From assembly GCA_050295515.1 (NCBI GenBank), contig JBNKPU010000078.1, forward strand, positions 27,867 through 91,866: a DNA stretch of 64,000 bases. Reading direction: 5' to 3'. Made by a program: the position numbers and the translations under genes. The notes below the pieces were generated by a model. That model saw only the letters and a list, made by a program, of their open reading frames with translations, made no database searches and was not told the DNA's origin. Positions 59,901 to 64,000 of the stretch are shown piece after piece; the stretch's first letter is position 1, and each line of letters starts with the position of its first letter. The stretch is from Bacteroidales bacterium. GTDB taxonomy: Bacteria; Bacteroidota; Bacteroidia; Bacteroidales; UBA10428.

Positions 59901-60223
59901 GCCGTTACTACAACTTCTTCCAAACCTGTAGCTTCAATTTCCATTACAACATCTAAGGTTGTTTGTCCGGCTAATGCAACCTCTGAGGTTACATAACCCA
60001 AAGAACTAAATACCAAAGTTGCATCAGATGGAGCAGACAAAGTATAGTTACCATCAATGCTGGTAGCTGTACCTGTAGTTGTACCCTTAATCACAACGGA
60101 AACACCAGGGATCGCGGCACCATCATCAGAACTGGTCACCGTCCCTGTAATTTGTATGTCCTGTGCCATGGTAACCATACCAAATAGCAACATACATACA
60201 ATTACACTTGTAATTCTTTTCAT
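56993..60223 (-). CDS. susC: SusC/RagA TonB-dependent transporter (copy 1)
   Basis: EEVVVTAFG, LIVVDG, DIESVTILKG...LYGSRGASGVVLITTKKG, NPDLKPE, terminal Phe. Confidence 0.96.
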   Translation of the reverse strand: MKRITSVIVCMLLFGMVTMAQDIQITGTVTSSDDGAAIPGVSVVIKGTTTGTATSIDGNYTLSAPSDATLVFSSLGYVTSEVALAGQTTLDVVMEIEATGLEEVVVTAFGTNRNARAVVYASQTVKSEDLLTTPNKNALEALRGKTAGVKLSTASGSVGASTRIVLRGESSLTGNNNALIVVDGIAIDNSTAAGGNTDYATTGYSDFGNRFNDLNPDDIESVTILKGPNATSLYGSRGASGVVLITTKKGTKGSKMKVNYNGSYSQESAIVLLQRQNKFGQGYDNSHFDSGENWSWGPQFDGVVRPWTTPIDSDGDGSLEALLRPYSAVENQLKDFFNTGSTKTHNLNISGSNEDFTYYVSYGNTDQSGILDNTYYKRNNFAVNSSAKLSEKLRSDFKVSYANVRQNTAQEGARPFEGNNAYAMAVQSPVNIPFTELKDYNSPFHDINGYWGSYSSVNPYYILNEYGNEANINNFIGNASLTYEIFDGLSLTGRFGGNIVNTTTDVWTPPFTPNEQLVWTDGLQVAPRNTKHESLGSYTSYTRKTENIDALTMANYSETFGGDFTLDASAGYSYFQRNTASITGTTVGGLTVPGTYNLANSVENPTSSQSKSKYIIYGALANATIGYKNAAFLELSLRNDWSSTLPAENNSFLYGAIGTSLIVTDLLDVKSDILNIAKLRASYGTTGKDAALYLLDSYFVGNPFIVDLDDYALFFPKNGQPGFTLGNNIGNPDLKPELTTTYEAGTDLGFFNDMVSLSYTYYKSSHSNQIIVVSLPRSTGYTTTAVNIGEMQNKGHELTFSLRPLNKVVSGLNFELFATYSKNINEVIKISDDSDELNVGQYGFAAGTIIDVVAKEGLPFGTFKGNNFKYNDAGQVIVDANTGFPVYSDEDQYLGNYQPDYLMSYGLNGTYKGFGLSVLLDMKKGGKFASLTSYQTAFNGTAINTTIYDRQPYIVPNSVIDNEDGTYSENTIAITEQDYWTNYDAPVITHLIDASYLKLREVEISYTLPKKLLEKTFISNARVALFGKNLWYWLPKENKYADPEVNGPALTGNAQGIESTQTPSSRSLGVNLKLSF

Positions 60224-60301
60224 AGATTTTTGTTTTAGGTTTACAATAGGTTAACAATATATATTACATCAGTATTTTGATGAATGTACAATATTGCGGA
60301 T

Positions 60302-60309
60302 CAAATCTA
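60302..60309 (-). promoter_or_regulatory. -7 promoter element of susC copy 1
   Basis: TAGATTTG matches TAnnTTTG. Confidence 0.55.
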
Positions 60310-60465
60310 ATAAAAAATTATTAATTAATATATGTAGGCATTTCTGTAACATTTGAATATCAAGGGCTTTTGATAAAAAATACAAAAGCAACGAAAGTTT
60401 TTACAAACTTAATGTGTTGATAAATCACCAACAAGGCAACTTTAGACTAAATAAGAACAACCGAT

Positions 60466-60483
60466 CGTGTATATTTATGCATA
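60466..60483. promoter_or_regulatory. Single ARG-box-like palindrome upstream of susC copy 1
   Basis: cgTGTATATTTATGCAta matches TGNAT-WWWW-ATNCA exactly. Confidence 0.35.
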
Positions 60484-60550
60484 ATTTTTTTTTGGAGTTT
60501 TTTTTAAACATTTTTGAAACTTTCATAAAAACAAAGCATTTCCTGTCAAT

Positions 60551-63500
60551 TTATTCGTAAATCAATAGCTTTGTTGTTAAAATTTCATCATTTTTCAACC
60601 TAATTGCTACAATATAATTTCCAGAATTAAAAATATGAGGTTCCAAATTATAAGAAAACATGTTTACATGCTTATAATTTATTTCCGAGACTAGTTTCCC
60701 TTGCAAATCATAAATAGATATGTCATCAATCAAGTTGGGGGGTATACCTTTAAGGTTAAAGTTTATTGTTTTTGATGCAGGATTTGGATATAGCTCCCAT
60801 TCATACTCCGTTATATCCTGATCTTGCTTAATATCCTCTACACCAATAACATTTTGAAGCTCACAAGTCCAGATGCCTTTTCCATAGGTGCCAACTATAA
60901 TTTGATTGTCTTGTAACAATAAGGAATAAACAGTTACAGCTGGCAAAGTACAATCAAGAAGATGCCAATCTATTCCATTGTTTGCGCTTTCCACAATCCC
61001 AATTTCAGTACCTATCCATATTATATTGGTATCAGAAGGAAAAACAAGCAATGAAAAACAACCAACATCGGGAAAACCATTAGAACTATTCCCACCGTTA
61101 TTAAATCCACTGATATCCAGCCAAGATTGACCCAAATCATAAGTTCTAAGAACCTTAGGTTTGCTATATGCACCATATAAAACAAAAGCCTCGTTTGGGT
61201 TTGTGGGATGTGTTTCTATTCCCGAAATATAAAATGGCATGTCATAATCAGGTAGATTAACAGGTAAAAATGATCTGCCAAAGTTCTGAGACACAAAAAT
61301 CCTATAATTCATTTCCTCATTCATGGCTGCCCCTGCCCAAACAACATTATTGCTTGCCTTTGAGACTTCGACCTCATGTGAACTGGTGACCTTTGAATCC
61401 ACACCAAGCCACTGCTCGGGCATAACAGTAACTCCCCAGTCAGATTCTCCAAAGTCGTTTGAAATATAAATACCCTCAGTGCCTACCCCAAAAACCTTAT
61501 CTGGATTTTGAACCGAATTTGAAAGCTTTGTAACAAAAGGGCTTTCGCCATGATTTATCCCTCCAGATGCATATTGCCAACTTCCTCCTCTGTCCTTAGA
61601 GAGAAAAATCCGGTTGTTATATTTGCTGGCCAGAATTTTGTTTTGATCAGATTGGTTCCACAAAACATCAAAACCATCACCAGAAAGCCTGAAATAGTAT
61701 TTGCTCAGACTATCTGCATCATCACCAAGAACACTTTGCCAGACTCCATTGTCCTGCATGCCGCCAATATAAGTGTTTTGTCCAGGTTGTTTGGCAACAC
61801 TATAAAATTGGGTTGTCAGGTAATTGTTGGAAATTTGTGTGAACGACACTCCTGTATCGATTGACAATGCTAATCCTCCATCATTGCTGTTTACAATCCA
61901 AAACTCCTCTTCGTTAATGTTTGTAGGTATAATTTCGAGATCGTGATGGTCGGGGTGCAAACCCTGGACTACCTGTTTGCCTACCCCCACAGATTGTCCG
62001 TAGGAGTTATTGCCACCATACTCTTCATAAGCATCTGAGATATTGACAATTTCTGCAGTTTGTTCAAAAACACCTTCATAATCTACAACAGCCATTGATT
62101 CTGGAATAAGGCTTTCATTCCATTCGGCCCCTTGTATCAAATCTAGCCAAAAGAAATAATTAAGCTTATATGAACGACCTTGGTTTATCACTCCACTATC
62201 CGACAACTCTGAATAGTCAATGGCATGTACAAATATATACTCTCTGGACAACTCACCATACCCCTGCCCTGTCCTAGGATACAAGTTGAATACACCATCT
62301 CTTTCCTGATCACGGAATGAGCACATCAGTTGTCTATTATTAGTGATATCCCAAACTTCAAAAGGCACATTAATATAATCCTGATAGGTATAATCTTCTG
62401 CTGGAACTCCGGAAGTTGCCCCTTCAGGAACAAAAAACCGATGGGCTTTCTGAGATTTTCCTGAACCAAACCTTAGTTCAATGTCAAAATAATCATCAGG
62501 TTGAAGACCGATTGTCCCTTCATTTTCCCCAATATCAATACCTGGAAAGACTCCGCCGAAGTCCACAAATTCAAAGAATCCATTTGTATGAATCCCATAA
62601 AAGTCAGTTACCTCCGCACCAACAGAATCTGAACTTCCAACTACCAAGGCTTTCCAAAGGTTTACACCTCCCCAAAACACAATATTTTCATTATATGGGT
62701 GACAAGCAACAGTATTGTCATACATACCTTGCCCACCAAGAAAATCATAAACATCATTAGAAGAGTTTATTACTTTTTTCCAATGTGTGGCTCCATCATT
62801 GGAATAGTAAAGATCAGATGTAAGATCGGGACGTGAAACACTTGCAAATAAAACCATTGGATTTTGAGGACTCATTGCTATTTCTATCCGTTCACGACTT
62901 TGTATACCTTTGTTTGCATGTTCCCAGTTTTCACCTTCATCGTCTGATTTGATAATACCTGCATTTTTAACCGTAGCAAACAACCTGTTAAAATTCGAAG
63001 TATCAGAAATTATCTGTTCAACATTGCCTCCCTCAAATTTTTGCTGCCAACTGACTCCTCCATCAAGTGATTTAAAAATTCCTTTTGTAGTAGCCACAAA
63101 TAAGTTTTCCGGATTTCCAGGATCTACAACAATACGGTTAACAAACCGAAAATCTTCAGTATTGGCAGTAGATTCCAATTGTTTCCAGTTTTGGCCAGCA
63201 TCAACAGATTTAAATACACCTCCACCTGTTGTGTAAATACTGCCATCAAAGCTTTCGCCTGTACCCAAATAGAGTATTTCCGGATTAATGGTGGAAATAG
63301 CAAGTGTTGTTGTGGCTTGATATGGGAGCCCGTCGGTAATACAATTCCAGGTTTTTCCGCCATCGTTTGTTTTCCAGGCACCTCCGGTAGCTGATCCTGC
63401 ATACCAGGTAAGATGTGTGTTATCACTTGGATCGATAAGTATATCCCTAGTCCTTCCTCCAATATTATTGGGACCCCGTTTAATAAAATCAACCGGACTT

Positions 63501-63793
63501 GAAACACTTTTCAATCTGCGACTTCTCAGCTTATTATATTCTGTCATTAAATAATTGGAAGGATAACCCGACTCTGATCCGCCAAAAGGAATGCGCAATC
63601 CATCAAAGTATTTCTGAATTTCGCCAATGCGATACTCCTTATCGCCGGGAATACCTCTTTTGCGTTTCTCCTTCTTGTCCATATAATATCGCTGCCACAA
63701 AGACTTTGATTCCATTTCTTTGCTAGGGTTAATTAACTTGTATGAAGTAAGAAATGAGATTCCTAACAGGATAAGGATTATTTTTTTATTCAT
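60551..63793 (-). CDS. T9SS-secreted Asp-box (BNR/Vps10-like) beta-propeller protein, paralog 1
   Basis: Signal peptide, RGPNNIGGR, repeated SxDxGxxW, LYPNPA...GNYIV...KLLI type A CTD; colinear with 44188-47319. Confidence 0.85.
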   Translation of the reverse strand: MNKKIILILLGISFLTSYKLINPSKEMESKSLWQRYYMDKKEKRKRGIPGDKEYRIGEIQKYFDGLRIPFGGSESGYPSNYLMTEYNKLRSRRLKSVSSPVDFIKRGPNNIGGRTRDILIDPSDNTHLTWYAGSATGGAWKTNDGGKTWNCITDGLPYQATTTLAISTINPEILYLGTGESFDGSIYTTGGGVFKSVDAGQNWKQLESTANTEDFRFVNRIVVDPGNPENLFVATTKGIFKSLDGGVSWQQKFEGGNVEQIISDTSNFNRLFATVKNAGIIKSDDEGENWEHANKGIQSRERIEIAMSPQNPMVLFASVSRPDLTSDLYYSNDGATHWKKVINSSNDVYDFLGGQGMYDNTVACHPYNENIVFWGGVNLWKALVVGSSDSVGAEVTDFYGIHTNGFFEFVDFGGVFPGIDIGENEGTIGLQPDDYFDIELRFGSGKSQKAHRFFVPEGATSGVPAEDYTYQDYINVPFEVWDITNNRQLMCSFRDQERDGVFNLYPRTGQGYGELSREYIFVHAIDYSELSDSGVINQGRSYKLNYFFWLDLIQGAEWNESLIPESMAVVDYEGVFEQTAEIVNISDAYEEYGGNNSYGQSVGVGKQVVQGLHPDHHDLEIIPTNINEEEFWIVNSNDGGLALSIDTGVSFTQISNNYLTTQFYSVAKQPGQNTYIGGMQDNGVWQSVLGDDADSLSKYYFRLSGDGFDVLWNQSDQNKILASKYNNRIFLSKDRGGSWQYASGGINHGESPFVTKLSNSVQNPDKVFGVGTEGIYISNDFGESDWGVTVMPEQWLGVDSKVTSSHEVEVSKASNNVVWAGAAMNEEMNYRIFVSQNFGRSFLPVNLPDYDMPFYISGIETHPTNPNEAFVLYGAYSKPKVLRTYDLGQSWLDISGFNNGGNSSNGFPDVGCFSLLVFPSDTNIIWIGTEIGIVESANNGIDWHLLDCTLPAVTVYSLLLQDNQIIVGTYGKGIWTCELQNVIGVEDIKQDQDITEYEWELYPNPASKTINFNLKGIPPNLIDDISIYDLQGKLVSEINYKHVNMFSYNLEPHIFNSGNYIVAIRLKNDEILTTKLLIYE

Positions 63794-64000
63794 ATCGTAA
63801 ATTGACCTTTTCAGATCCCTTAATTAACAATGATTCAATAGTGCGAAGGTATTAAACTACACCATTTACAAATAATTGTTTTGCATCCTTTTTTCATTTG
63901 CCTAAACTTATTTTCATTAGATAGGTGGAAACTCCTGATATGCAATCATTTTTTAATGTTTAAAGAAATCATGCTTGTTTCATTATAATCAAAATAGCCT

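Overview
AT-rich chromosomal window from a Bacteroidota (Bacteroidales/Marinilabiliales-like) bacterium, inferred from SusC/SusD genes, T9SS C-terminal domains, TAnnTTTG promoters and an E-DUF2764-A-B-D-I-K V-ATPase. Positions 1-36.5 kb are mostly housekeeping: feoB start, nusB, yajC, ybbR, coaE, djlA, mazG, phoH, purC, ttcA, a Na+-type V-ATPase, argF, ftsK, lolA, a PgpH-like HD protein and NlpC/P60. This part also holds a candidate sRNA (6713-6885) and tandem ARG boxes. Positions 36.5-41.1 kb form an accessory island with two orphan Rhs C-terminal toxin/immunity cassettes (one M91 metallopeptidase-like, one decayed). The cassettes share a 26-bp junction and are interleaved with a 298-bp direct repeat, XRE-gene tail remnants and several REP-like palindromes. 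After cysDN, positions 44.2-63.8 kb hold two tandem BT2261-BT2264-like SusC/SusD/lipoprotein/lipoprotein units with no CAZymes, bracketed by two paralogous T9SS-secreted Asp-box beta-propeller proteins that share an unrecognised insertion domain. This is the best candidate for an undescribed system (secreted receptor plus peptide utilisome). All calls come from motif recognition by eye; no searches were run.
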